Source: Dehalococcoidia bacterium (GTDB lineage Bacteria > Chloroflexota > Dehalococcoidia > Bin125). Taken from it: 64,000 nt of DNA. The position numbers and the translations under genes are program-made. The stretch lies in the NCBI GenBank assembly GCA_965116225.1, contig OZ220495.1, positions 2,340,670-2,404,669 on the forward strand. The letters run 5' to 3'. The notes beneath the pieces were generated by a model. It worked only from the letters and a program-made list of their open reading frames with translations. It was not told the origin of the DNA and did not search any database. The number at the start of each line of letters is the position of its first letter. The first letter of the stretch is position 1. Shown here piece after piece: positions 55,429-64,000 of the stretch.

Positions 55429-56255
55429 ATGCGGCTGAGTGGACTTGAGGGCAAGGTGGCGGTGGTCACCGGCGCGGGACGCATGCGCAGCATTGGTAGG
55501 CCGATTGCCATCGAACTTGCGCGGCAGGGCTGCGACGTCGTCCTGACCAGCACCGGTCGCGTGCCGCAGGACTATCCGGATGACGAGCGGGCGGCAGCTG
55601 GCGCGATATCGACTCGGTCGCCGATGAGATCCGTGCCGAGGGTCGGCGCGCACTGCCGTTGGTCTCGGACGTGGCCGATTACGAGGCCGTCGAAGCGCTG
55701 CTGGACGCGGCGCTGGCCGATTTTGGACGAGTCGACTTCGTGATCAACAACGCCGGTGCCGCTCGCGGTGCTGACCGCGTGCCCGTGATCGATCTCGACC
55801 CCGACCTTTGGTACCTTGTGCTCGATGTCAATCTCAACGGCGTCTTCTACATGAGCCAGGTTTTCGGATGCCAGCTGATCGAGCAGGGATCGGGCGGGGC
55901 GATCATCAACCTCATCCTCCCCTCCATCGCCGGTAAGATGCTTGGCCCGAACACGGCCGCCTATGCCTCGTCCAAGGCGGGCTTGCAGGCATTGACGGCA
56001 GGCATGGAGCAGGAGGTAGGCAAACACGGGGTGCGCGTCACGCGATCTGTCCCGGCATCATCGACACTTCACGTATGGACGACCATGGGGCACGGGGATT
56101 TCTGGCAGCGAACCATCGACGCGCGCATTCCGATGGGTCGTGCCGGCACCGGCGCGGACATCGCTAGCATCACCGCATTCCTGTGCGCGACAGAAGGCGA
56201 GTGGATCACCGGGCAGTCCTACAATGTGGACGGCGGGACCTGTGTCCAGCATTAG
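55429..56255 (+). pseudogene. Frameshifted short-chain dehydrogenase/reductase
   Basis: GKVAVVTGAG..IG, NNAG, YASSK, ..AICPG, ITGQSYNVDGG spread over frames, with shifts near 55600, 56040 and 56085. Confidence 0.8.
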
Positions 56256-56334
56256 GCACCCGACCGAAACGCACAGCCGAAACGGACAAACGAGTGTGTT
56301 GTCCCAAGTAATGGATAGCTGACAGGGATCGACC

Positions 56335-57135
56335 ATGACCGACTACGAGTTCATCAGGTACGAGCAGGACGAGAGCATCGTCACGATCACGATCAACCGA
56401 CCGGAGCGGATGAACTCGATTCATCCGCCGACCACCGCCGAGCTCGCCGATGCCTGGAACACGTTTGCTAACGACGACTCGGCTTGGGTCGCCATCCTGA
56501 CAGGTGCTGGCGACCGCGCATTCTCGGCGGGTAATGACCTCAAGTACACGGCCGAGATGTCGCGGATGCTGGCGAACGAGCGGCCTAGTTTCGCGCCCGT
56601 TCGCGGCGGCTTCGGAGGCATTACCGCGGACTGGGAGTGTCCGAAGCCGATGATCGCAGCGGTTAACGGGTTCGCCCTGGGCGGCGGTTGCGAGATGGCT
56701 ATGGCTTGCGACATCATCATCGCAGCCGACCATGCGCGCCTCGGCCTGCCGGAACCGCGCGTCGGTCTGATGGCCGGCGCTGGCGGTGTCCATCGCCTGC
56801 CGCGACATATCCCGCTCAAGATCGCCATGGGCTACATGCTGACCGGCAATCACATCCCGGCCGCCGAAGCGCATCGCTGGGGATTGGTCAACGAAGTCGT
56901 TCCCGCCGACGAGCTGATGGCGACGACGCGGCGCTGGGCGAGTGAGATCCTGCTGTGCGCGCCCATCTCCGTTCGCGCGTCCAAGGAATCGGCATACAAA
57001 GGTCTCGATCTGCCCTTGCCAGCTGCGCTGACGCATACCTTCCATCAGCAACGAATCATGGGTCAGTCGGAAGACCTGATCGAGGGACCGCGCGCTTTCG
57101 CTGAGAAGCGCACTCCGAACTGGAAGGGTCGCTAG
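56335..57135 (+). CDS. Enoyl-CoA hydratase/isomerase (CaiD-like)
   Basis: TINRPERMN, RAFSAGNDL, IAAVNGFALGGGCE, GLPEPRVGL, EGPRAFAEKR. Confidence 0.92.
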   Translation: MTDYEFIRYEQDESIVTITINRPERMNSIHPPTTAELADAWNTFANDDSAWVAILTGAGDRAFSAGNDLKYTAEMSRMLANERPSFAPVRGGFGGITADWECPKPMIAAVNGFALGGGCEMAMACDIIIAADHARLGLPEPRVGLMAGAGGVHRLPRHIPLKIAMGYMLTGNHIPAAEAHRWGLVNEVVPADELMATTRRWASEILLCAPISVRASKESAYKGLDLPLPAALTHTFHQQRIMGQSEDLIEGPRAFAEKRTPNWKGR

Positions 57136-57722
57136 CGGTCGTCGTCCGCGATCCACAACAGTCGCGCCGAGAGTTCTGCCATGCGGCGTCCCGAGTCGGG
57201 CACGTCGTTGCCCAGCTTGCGGTCGTACTCCTCAACCCACTCGGGTGGCAACAGTTGTTGGACTTCGTGCCAGCGGATCGGCTGAGCGCGTGTGTTGCGG
57301 GCGGCGTCGGTCACGTCGGCGAGCCAGATCGCCATGTCCCCGCCGTCCATCTGATTCACCACCCGGCAGGTCATCCAACCCAGCGCGCCATCGAGTATGG
57401 GCAATCCGCTCTCGTGCTCGCGCCAGTCGACGCCGGTGAACTTGTCCGCCTCCGTCTGCGAGCGAAAGCCCCAGTGACGCACCCAGCGCCACTGGTCGCG
57501 GGCGATCACGTGGACGGCGAACTGACCGGACGCGGCGATCAGCGAGTTGGTGTGGTTGCGCTTCTGAATCTGCACGAGGAGGCGCGGTTGTGACGGAACG
57601 ATCGATGCGGCGAACGCGCCGACGGCGATCTGCCCGCCGCGCCGTCCCCTGTGCTGTGCGGTGACGACGGTCAGTGGCGACCACATGAGCGTGAGCAGCG
57701 ACGGTGCCTCGGAGATCGGCAT
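57132..57722 (-). CDS. Flavin reductase-like FMN-binding protein
   Basis: LTVVTA, ASGQFAVH, DKF, GLPILDGALGWMTCRV..GD. Confidence 0.82.
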   Translation of the reverse strand: MPISEAPSLLTLMWSPLTVVTAQHRGRRGGQIAVGAFAASIVPSQPRLLVQIQKRNHTNSLIAASGQFAVHVIARDQWRWVRHWGFRSQTEADKFTGVDWREHESGLPILDGALGWMTCRVVNQMDGGDMAIWLADVTDAARNTRAQPIRWHEVQQLLPPEWVEEYDRKLGNDVPDSGRRMAELSARLLWIADDDR

Positions 57723-58435
57723 GATCGGAGGTTATGCTCTGAAGGCGCAGCCTGCGTTCGACGCGCCTGTCGCCGTTGCCGCCATCCGACCCAGAGCAGA
57801 GGAAGGGCGAAGAACCCGACGATGGCGATGCCCGCGCCGATCAGCAGCTCGCGATTGCGTTCCAGAACAGCATCGCCGAGCGCCGCCGCGAGAATCAGGA
57901 TCGGCACCGAAGCGAGCACGGATACGATGATGTAGGCGAGAAAGCGCATCTGGGTGAGACCGGCGGCATAGGAGACGTAGTCGACGCCGGCGATCGGGAA
58001 GAGTCGCAGGATGATTAGCAGGCGAATGCCCAGCCGCTCGCCGAGTTGATCGATCCTGTCGAGCGCGACTTGCGACGTGAGCCGAGCTAATGCCGGCCGA
58101 CCGAGTCGTCTGGCGACCCAGAAGCAAATCGTCGAACCGATGGCGGTGGCGGTGATCGTGTAGACGAAGCCGAGCCCGGGACCGAACACGGCGGCGGCGA
58201 CGAGCGGCATCGGCGCGGTCGGCAGCGGAGCGAACAACATGGAGACGGCGAACAGGGCGATGTAGACGATCGGCCCCCAGACGCCGAAACCGTCGATCCA
58301 CTCTTCAATCTCGGACTGCCCCCAGGGAAACCAGCGTTCGTAGGCGAGATAGGTGCCGATCAGCAGCGCGACCACAGCAATCCCGAGCAGCAGCAGGAGC
58401 GCGGCGCGGCGGCGGGTGATCTGCCAGTTCTGCAT
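57671..58435 (-). CDS. TVP38/TMEM64 (VTT/DedA superfamily) membrane protein
   Basis: FGPGLG, FWVARRLGR, LRLFP..DYVSYAAGLT. Confidence 0.85.
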   Translation of the reverse strand: MQNWQITRRRAALLLLLGIAVVALLIGTYLAYERWFPWGQSEIEEWIDGFGVWGPIVYIALFAVSMLFAPLPTAPMPLVAAAVFGPGLGFVYTITATAIGSTICFWVARRLGRPALARLTSQVALDRIDQLGERLGIRLLIILRLFPIAGVDYVSYAAGLTQMRFLAYIIVSVLASVPILILAAALGDAVLERNRELLIGAGIAIVGFFALPLLWVGWRQRRQARRTQAAPSEHNLRSCRSPRHRRCSRSCGRH

Positions 58436-58543
58436 CCCGTCACTGTAGTTTGACTCGCGGCCATCCCTGCTGCGGCTGTGTGCGTTAATGTCAATGTCGG
58501 ATGCAAGCTATGAGGCGAGTGCGGCCAATGGAGGAGGAGCGCC

Positions 58544-59899
58544 ATGAACGGCTCGACGGCGATCGATCGGGAGTTCGTTGCCAAACACGCGGAATCGGCG
58601 CGACGAGCCGAGGCAGCGCGAACGCTGTTCCCAGGCGGCGTGACCCACGACGCGCGCTACTTCGAACCATTTGGCATCACCGTCGACCGCTCCTCGGGAT
58701 CGCGAAAGTGGGACATCGACGGAAACGAGTACATCGACTATGTCATGGGTCATGGTGCGCTTATCTTTGGCCATAGCCACCCGTACCTGGTCGAGGCGAT
58801 TACGGAGCAGGTCGCGCGCGGCACCCATATGGGCGGATCGAGTGATCTGGAGCGTCGCTGGGCGCTTGCGATCAAGCGGCTATTGCCCGGTGCCGAGAAG
58901 GTCCGCTTCACGTCATCAGGTACTGAGGCGACGATGATGGCGGTGCGATTGGCTCGCGCGGCGACCGGTCATGATCGGTTGCTGCGCTTGAGACATCACT
59001 TCCATGGCTGGAACGACAGCGTCTTCGTTGCCGGGCGCACATCGGCGGGGCCGATCGCCGCCAACGGACAGCCCAGAGCGATGCAGGAGCTGATCTCGGT
59101 GTTCGACCAGACCGACGTCGGCGGAATCGGCAACGCGCTGGCGACGAGACAGTATGCGGCGGTCATCCTCGAACCCACGGGATACTCGTGGGGAACATGC
59201 CCGCTGGAACCGTCGGTGCCGCGCGAGTTGCGCGCGCTCACCGAGCAGACGGGTACGTTGTTGATCTTCGATGAGGTGGTGACAGGGTTCCGCGTCAGCC
59301 CCGGTGGCCTGCAGGAGCGGATTGGCGTGCAGCCGGATTTGACCACACTGGCCAAAATCGCGGCGGGCGGGTTGCCCGGCGGCGCGGTCGCCGGTCGCGC
59401 CGACCTGCTCGACCAGATCAGTTTCGACGCCGGCGATGGCCGCGTCGCGCATCCGGGAACGTTCAACGCGAATCCGCTCTCGGCGGTCGCCGGCGAGCGA
59501 GCGCTGCGGGCGATTGCCGAGGAAGATCCGCTTGGCATCGCCAACGAGCGAGCGCGTCAACTCTCACGCGGTTTGAACCAGACGCTGCGAGCAGCCGATC
59601 TCCCAGGTTGCGCGTGGGCGGACGCGTCGATGGTGCACGTCATAATCGGCGAGGAGCTTGAACGCCCGGACGACGGAGTGACCTGGGACTGGGAGCGACA
59701 CGGCGGGGCACAACCGACGCTGGCGGGCACACCGCCCGACATCGCCTGGCCCTTCCGACGCGCGCTGTTGAATCACGGCGTCGATCTGATGGGTATGGGC
59801 GCGTTGGTTTCATGCGTCCATTCCGAGTCGGATATCGACGCGACAATCGAGAGCGTCAGCGCCGCCCTCGCAGATTTGCGGCGAGCTGAAATCCTCTAA
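58544..59899 (+). CDS. Class III aminotransferase, glutamate-1-semialdehyde aminomutase-like
   Basis: DIDGNEYIDY..GHGALIFGH, SGTEATM, FDEVVTGFR, DLTTLAKIAAGGLP, GTFNANPL. Confidence 0.88.
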   Translation: MNGSTAIDREFVAKHAESARRAEAARTLFPGGVTHDARYFEPFGITVDRSSGSRKWDIDGNEYIDYVMGHGALIFGHSHPYLVEAITEQVARGTHMGGSSDLERRWALAIKRLLPGAEKVRFTSSGTEATMMAVRLARAATGHDRLLRLRHHFHGWNDSVFVAGRTSAGPIAANGQPRAMQELISVFDQTDVGGIGNALATRQYAAVILEPTGYSWGTCPLEPSVPRELRALTEQTGTLLIFDEVVTGFRVSPGGLQERIGVQPDLTTLAKIAAGGLPGGAVAGRADLLDQISFDAGDGRVAHPGTFNANPLSAVAGERALRAIAEEDPLGIANERARQLSRGLNQTLRAADLPGCAWADASMVHVIIGEELERPDDGVTWDWERHGGAQPTLAGTPPDIAWPFRRALLNHGVDLMGMGALVSCVHSESDIDATIESVSAALADLRRAEIL

Positions 59900-59961
59900 T
59901 TGATGATGTGTTGGGGCGACAGACGCGAGCTGTAATCGAATCGCTAGCGCGTGGGATCCGT

Positions 59962-59981
59962 TTATGGGAATATTCACATAA
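59962..59981. promoter_or_regulatory. Near-perfect 20-bp palindrome upstream of gltB (putative operator)
   Basis: TTATGGGAATATTCACATAA; one mismatched pair against its reverse complement. Confidence 0.5.
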
Positions 59982-60032
59982 GATCCATAAGTAGTGCGCG
60001 GAAACTCATTGATACGGACGTTCAATGAGCAG

Positions 60033-63000
60033 ATGGCGATAGACGCTGACGATATGACAGTGATCCACCCGCTACACCAGGTGAGCCGGACCGACTACGC
60101 GGGCCTTCACGATCCCGAGAGCTTCCGCGATGCCTGTGGGACCGGATTCATCGCCAGGTTGGACGGGACACCGACCCATCGCCTGGTAGAGCAGGCCGTT
60201 GAGGGCGTTGTCAGCCTGACACATCGCGGTGCCGTCAACGCCGACCCCGACACGGGCGATGGTGCCGGCGTCACGCTCAACATTCCGTACGCAATTCTGC
60301 AGGAAGATCTGGATCGACTTGGCAGACTGGGACTGCCTAACTGCGATCTGGGCTTAGCGATGGTGTTCCTGCCCGACGAAATAGAGCCGGCGCAACGCGC
60401 GAAGCAGACGATCGAACGCGCGGTTGCGAGCGCCGGTCTCGAGGTCGTCGGCTGGCGGCAGGTGCCGACCGACCCGAGCGTGCTCGGTAGCTGGGCGCTG
60501 CGCGACCTGCCGATGATTGAGCAGCTGTTGATCGCCAACCCGCCGGGGATCTCGCCGGACGAGTTCTCGCGCCGTATCTATCTGGCCCGGCGTCGCGCCG
60601 ACACGGCGTTCGGTCGCCTGCGCGAGTCCAGCCCGGATGATGCCGCAGGCGAGACTTACATCGTCTCGATGTCCACATCGACCGTTGTCTATAAGGGTTT
60701 GATGGTCGCGCCTCAACTGAGCAAGTTTTATCCCGACTTGACCAATCCGGGCACCGTATCGGCCGTAGCGCTGTTCCACCAGCGCTACGCGACCAACACG
60801 CTGCCCGACTGGAAGATCGCACAGCCATTCCGCTACATCGCCCACAATGGCGAAATCAACACGTTGCTGGGCAACCGGCTGTGGATGCATGCGCGCGGCC
60901 CGGCAATGGAGTCAGATCTGTGGGGCGACGCCGTGTCGGAGCTGCATCCCATCTTGGGGCAAGTGAGCTCGGACTCGCAGGCCTTTGATGAGGCGTTCGA
61001 GCTGCTGGTCGCCTCGGGTCGCAGCCCCCTGCACGCCATGATGATGCTGATCCCGGAGGCATGGGAACAGCTCGACGACATGGACCCGAATCTGCGCGGC
61101 TTCTATGAGTATCACGCTTGTTTGTCGGAGCCGTGGGACGGCCCAGCAGCGATGGCGTTTACCGACGGCCGGATCGCCGCCGCGGCGATGGATCGTAACG
61201 GACTGCGCCCCGCCCGGTACCAGGTGACCCGTAGTGGGCTGGTCGTGATGGCATCAGAAGTTGGTTTAATCCGCCTCGACCAGTCCGAGATCATCGAGTC
61301 TGGCCGGCTGGGACCCGGCCAGATGGTCGCCGTGGATACTGAACGGCACGAGCTGCTGCGCAACGACGACATCAAACGCCGTATCTCCAGCCGACAACCC
61401 TATGCCCATTGGGTGCGCAACCACATGGGTCGGATCGAGCAAACCGCCAGTATCGAAGCGTCGTCAATTCCCCAACCTGAAGAGGGCGAGTTGCTCTCGC
61501 GACAGATCCTGCACGGGTACAGCCGCGAAGAGATCGAGTACGTACTCAAGCCCATGGCGCGTCAAGCGAAGGAACCAGTCGGTTCGATGGGCGACGACAC
61601 GCCGCTCTCCGTGCTGCACGATCCGCCGCGTCCGCTCTATTCATACTTCAAGCAGAAGTTCGCGCAAGTCACCAACCCGCCGATCGATTCGATTCGCGAG
61701 CGGAACGTAATGTCGCTCGACACCTGGTTGGGTCGACGACATTCCCTGCTCGAGGAAACGCCGCAGGCGGCGGGGTTAGTGCACCTCAAGTCTCCGCTCT
61801 TACTCGGCGACGAGATCGATGCGCTCTACACAACCCGGCTGCCCGGCTTCTCGACGACCGCGCTTGGAACGTCATTTCCGACAGCGGACGGCCCCGCCGG
61901 ACTTGAGGCGGCACTTAGCGCGCTGTGCGACCATGTCGATAACGCGATTGAGGACGGTTATTCGGTGATTGTGTTGAGCGATGAGCACGTCGGCACTGAC
62001 TATGCGCCGATTCCCATGTTGCTGGCCGTGTCGACGGTGCACCACCACATGATTGCCAGCGGTCAACGTATGGCGGCGTCGATCGTGGCCAGTTGCGGCG
62101 ACGCTCGGGATGTCCACCAGATCTCCTGCTTGATCGGTTTCGGCGCCGACGCGGTGCACCCCTACCTGGCGTTGCAGACGCTGAACGCGCTCCAAGCCCA
62201 GGGTGAGTTTGCGGATATGGACGCGGGCGAGGTGATCGAGCGCTATGCGCAGGCGGTCGACTCCGGCATTCTCAAGATCATGTCCAAGATGGGCATCGCG
62301 GCAAAGTCTTCGTATCACGGCGCGCAGATTTTCGAGGCGCTGGGGATCGGGCAAGCCGTGATCGATCGGTCATTTCCCGGCACGCTCTCGCGTATCGGCG
62401 GGATCGGGTTCGAGGAGATCGGTGCCGATGCGCTGAGTCGTCACACTCAGGCGTATCCGGCCGACGGCCTAGACGCGGGTGGATGGTATCGCTATCGCCG
62501 AGATGCCGATTATCATGCCAACGAGCCGCCGGTCTGGCGAGCGCTGCACAAGACGGTGCAAGGCGGGGGCGACGAGGAGTACCGGGTCTATGCCGAACGG
62601 GCCAACAGTCGTCAACCGACCGCGTTGCGCGACCTGCTCGACTTCAACTCCGACCGTGCTCCGATCCCGCTGGCGGAGGTAGAGCCGCACGTGGCGATCA
62701 CGCCTCGGTTCAGCACCGGCGCGATGTCGCTGGGCGCGCTCAGCCCCGAGACGCATGAAGATATCGCCCGAGCGATGAACGAGCTTAGCGCAGCCTCCAA
62801 CACAGGTGAGGGCGGCGAAGACCCCAGGCGATTTTTGGCCGCAGGCGACAAGTCCGACGCCAATTCGCGCATCAAGCAGATTGCCTCGGGTCGCTTCGGT
62901 GTCACGCCGGCGTATCTGGGCAGCGCCAGTGAGATCGAGATTAAGATCGCCCAAGGTTCAAAGCCGGGCGAGGGTGGACAGCTGCCCGGCCACAAGGTGA

Positions 63001-64000
63001 CGCCGTACATCGCGATGCTCAGGCACTCGACGCCCGGCGTCGAGCTGATCTCCCCGCCGCCGCACCACGACATCTACTCGATCGAGGATCTTTCCCAGCT
63101 GATCTACGACCTCAAAATTGCCAACCCGGAAGCGCGCGTCTGCGTGAAACTGGTCGCTTGCGAAGGCGTCGGCACCATCGCAACCGGCGTGGCCAAGGCG
63201 TATGCCGACGTGGTGCATATCTCGGGTGCCGACGGCGGTACCGGCGCGTCTCCATTGTCATCGGTGAAGTACGCGGGTGCGCCGTGGGAGCTTGGCGTCA
63301 AGGAAGCACACGAAGCGCTGGTCGTCAATGGCCTGCGCGGGCGCATCCGACTACGCACCGATGGCGGATTTCATACTGGCCGCGATGTCGTCGTCGCCGC
63401 CCTGCTGGGCGCTGAAGCGTATGGGTTCGGCACCGCCGCGTTGGTGGCGCTCGGCTGCAAGATGGCGAGACAGTGCCACCTCAATACCTGTCCGGTCGGC
63501 GTCGCGACGCAACGCGAAGACCTACGAGCCAAGTACTTAGGCAAACCGCAGATGCTCGTCGATTTCCTCCTGCATGTGGCCGAGGAAGTGCGGGTCATCC
63601 TCGCCAAGCTAGGTTACCGGTCGATTGAGGAGATCATCGGTCGCGCCGACCTCCTGGAGCAGGTCGCACCGCGCTCTGGAGAGCGGGCCAAGACCGTCGA
63701 CCTGTCGAGGCTGCTGGTGCCGATCGACGCCGATCCCGCGTTCCCGCGGATGCGAACCCAGGAACGGAATGATCGACGAGAAGATCCCATTCTCGACGAT
63801 GAGTTGTTGGAGATCTTGGAGCCGCACATTCAGCGGTCGGAGCACATTTCGGCAAAGTTCGCAATCACGAACAAGCATCGCACGGTCGGCGCGCGCGTCT
63901 CCGGCCGCATCGCGCGGCAGTACGGCGACCTGGGGATGCAACGGGGCACGATCGAGCTGCACTTCAGCGGCTCGGCCGGGCAGTCGTTTGGTGCCTTCCT
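60033..64000 (+). CDS. gltB: Glutamate synthase large subunit (runs off window end)
   Basis: Manual translation: DACGTGF, HRGA, GDGAG, HQRYATNT, HNGEINT, EPWDGP, FAQVTNPPID, GAMSLGALS, IKQIASGRFGV, AQGSKPGEGGQLPG, CHLNTCPVGVATQ. Confidence 0.96.
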   Translation, partial: MAIDADDMTVIHPLHQVSRTDYAGLHDPESFRDACGTGFIARLDGTPTHRLVEQAVEGVVSLTHRGAVNADPDTGDGAGVTLNIPYAILQEDLDRLGRLGLPNCDLGLAMVFLPDEIEPAQRAKQTIERAVASAGLEVVGWRQVPTDPSVLGSWALRDLPMIEQLLIANPPGISPDEFSRRIYLARRRADTAFGRLRESSPDDAAGETYIVSMSTSTVVYKGLMVAPQLSKFYPDLTNPGTVSAVALFHQRYATNTLPDWKIAQPFRYIAHNGEINTLLGNRLWMHARGPAMESDLWGDAVSELHPILGQVSSDSQAFDEAFELLVASGRSPLHAMMMLIPEAWEQLDDMDPNLRGFYEYHACLSEPWDGPAAMAFTDGRIAAAAMDRNGLRPARYQVTRSGLVVMASEVGLIRLDQSEIIESGRLGPGQMVAVDTERHELLRNDDIKRRISSRQPYAHWVRNHMGRIEQTASIEASSIPQPEEGELLSRQILHGYSREEIEYVLKPMARQAKEPVGSMGDDTPLSVLHDPPRPLYSYFKQKFAQVTNPPIDSIRERNVMSLDTWLGRRHSLLEETPQAAGLVHLKSPLLLGDEIDALYTTRLPGFSTTALGTSFPTADGPAGLEAALSALCDHVDNAIEDGYSVIVLSDEHVGTDYAPIPMLLAVSTVHHHMIASGQRMAASIVASCGDARDVHQISCLIGFGADAVHPYLALQTLNALQAQGEFADMDAGEVIERYAQAVDSGILKIMSKMGIAAKSSYHGAQIFEALGIGQAVIDRSFPGTLSRIGGIGFEEIGADALSRHTQAYPADGLDAGGWYRYRRDADYHANEPPVWRALHKTVQGGGDEEYRVYAERANSRQPTALRDLLDFNSDRAPIPLAEVEPHVAITPRFSTGAMSLGALSPETHEDIARAMNELSAASNTGEGGEDPRRFLAAGDKSDANSRIKQIASGRFGVTPAYLGSASEIEIKIAQGSKPGEGGQLPGHKVTPYIAMLRHSTPGVELISPPPHHDIYSIEDLSQLIYDLKIANPEARVCVKLVACEGVGTIATGVAKAYADVVHISGADGGTGASPLSSVKYAGAPWELGVKEAHEALVVNGLRGRIRLRTDGGFHTGRDVVVAALLGAEAYGFGTAALVALGCKMARQCHLNTCPVGVATQREDLRAKYLGKPQMLVDFLLHVAEEVRVILAKLGYRSIEEIIGRADLLEQVAPRSGERAKTVDLSRLLVPIDADPAFPRMRTQERNDRREDPILDDELLEILEPHIQRSEHISAKFAITNKHRTVGARVSGRIARQYGDLGMQRGTIELHFSGSAGQSFGAF

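Noticed and set aside
58544-59899. Calling this hemL
   Set aside because: GSA-aminomutase-like fold, but divergent N-terminal motifs (GGVTHD) and no tetrapyrrole gene context.

Overview
GC-rich bacterial chromosome segment, most likely Chloroflexota (Dehalococcoidia-like). This is inferred from the GuaB3-type IMPDH, GAAC-N4-GTTC SOS boxes, a small HHW...CxCG protein and many family III CoA-transferases. Most of the window is housekeeping and catabolic genes: metG (partial), rsmI, guaB3, hisS-prfA-prmC, rel, comM, pyrD, mrp, glcDEF, pncC, gltB (partial), tRNA-Arg(CCG) and tRNA-Pro(TGG). The stand-out locus is a ~9.8 kb three-gene restriction-like defence operon immediately 3' of tRNA-Arg: SNF2 helicase-DUF3883 nuclease, DUF1156 amino-methyltransferase, and Swt1-HEPN-DUF499 ATPase. 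The methyltransferase is out of frame exactly at a G11 tract (G9 or G12 restores a ~975-976 aa protein) and has AT-rich mosaic specificity patches, suggesting a phase-variable DUF1156 system; a homopolymer read error cannot be excluded. Other notable items are two similarly built putative LexA-controlled promoters (comM, and a Crp/Fnr regulator with a possible membrane-anchored long isoform), a cysteine-free Mrp coupled to a NYN nuclease, three 'inactive + active' CoA-transferase units, a HEAT-SpoU fusion, a pseudo-cyclophilin domain and four multiply broken pseudogenes. All calls come from motif recognition by eye; no searches were run.
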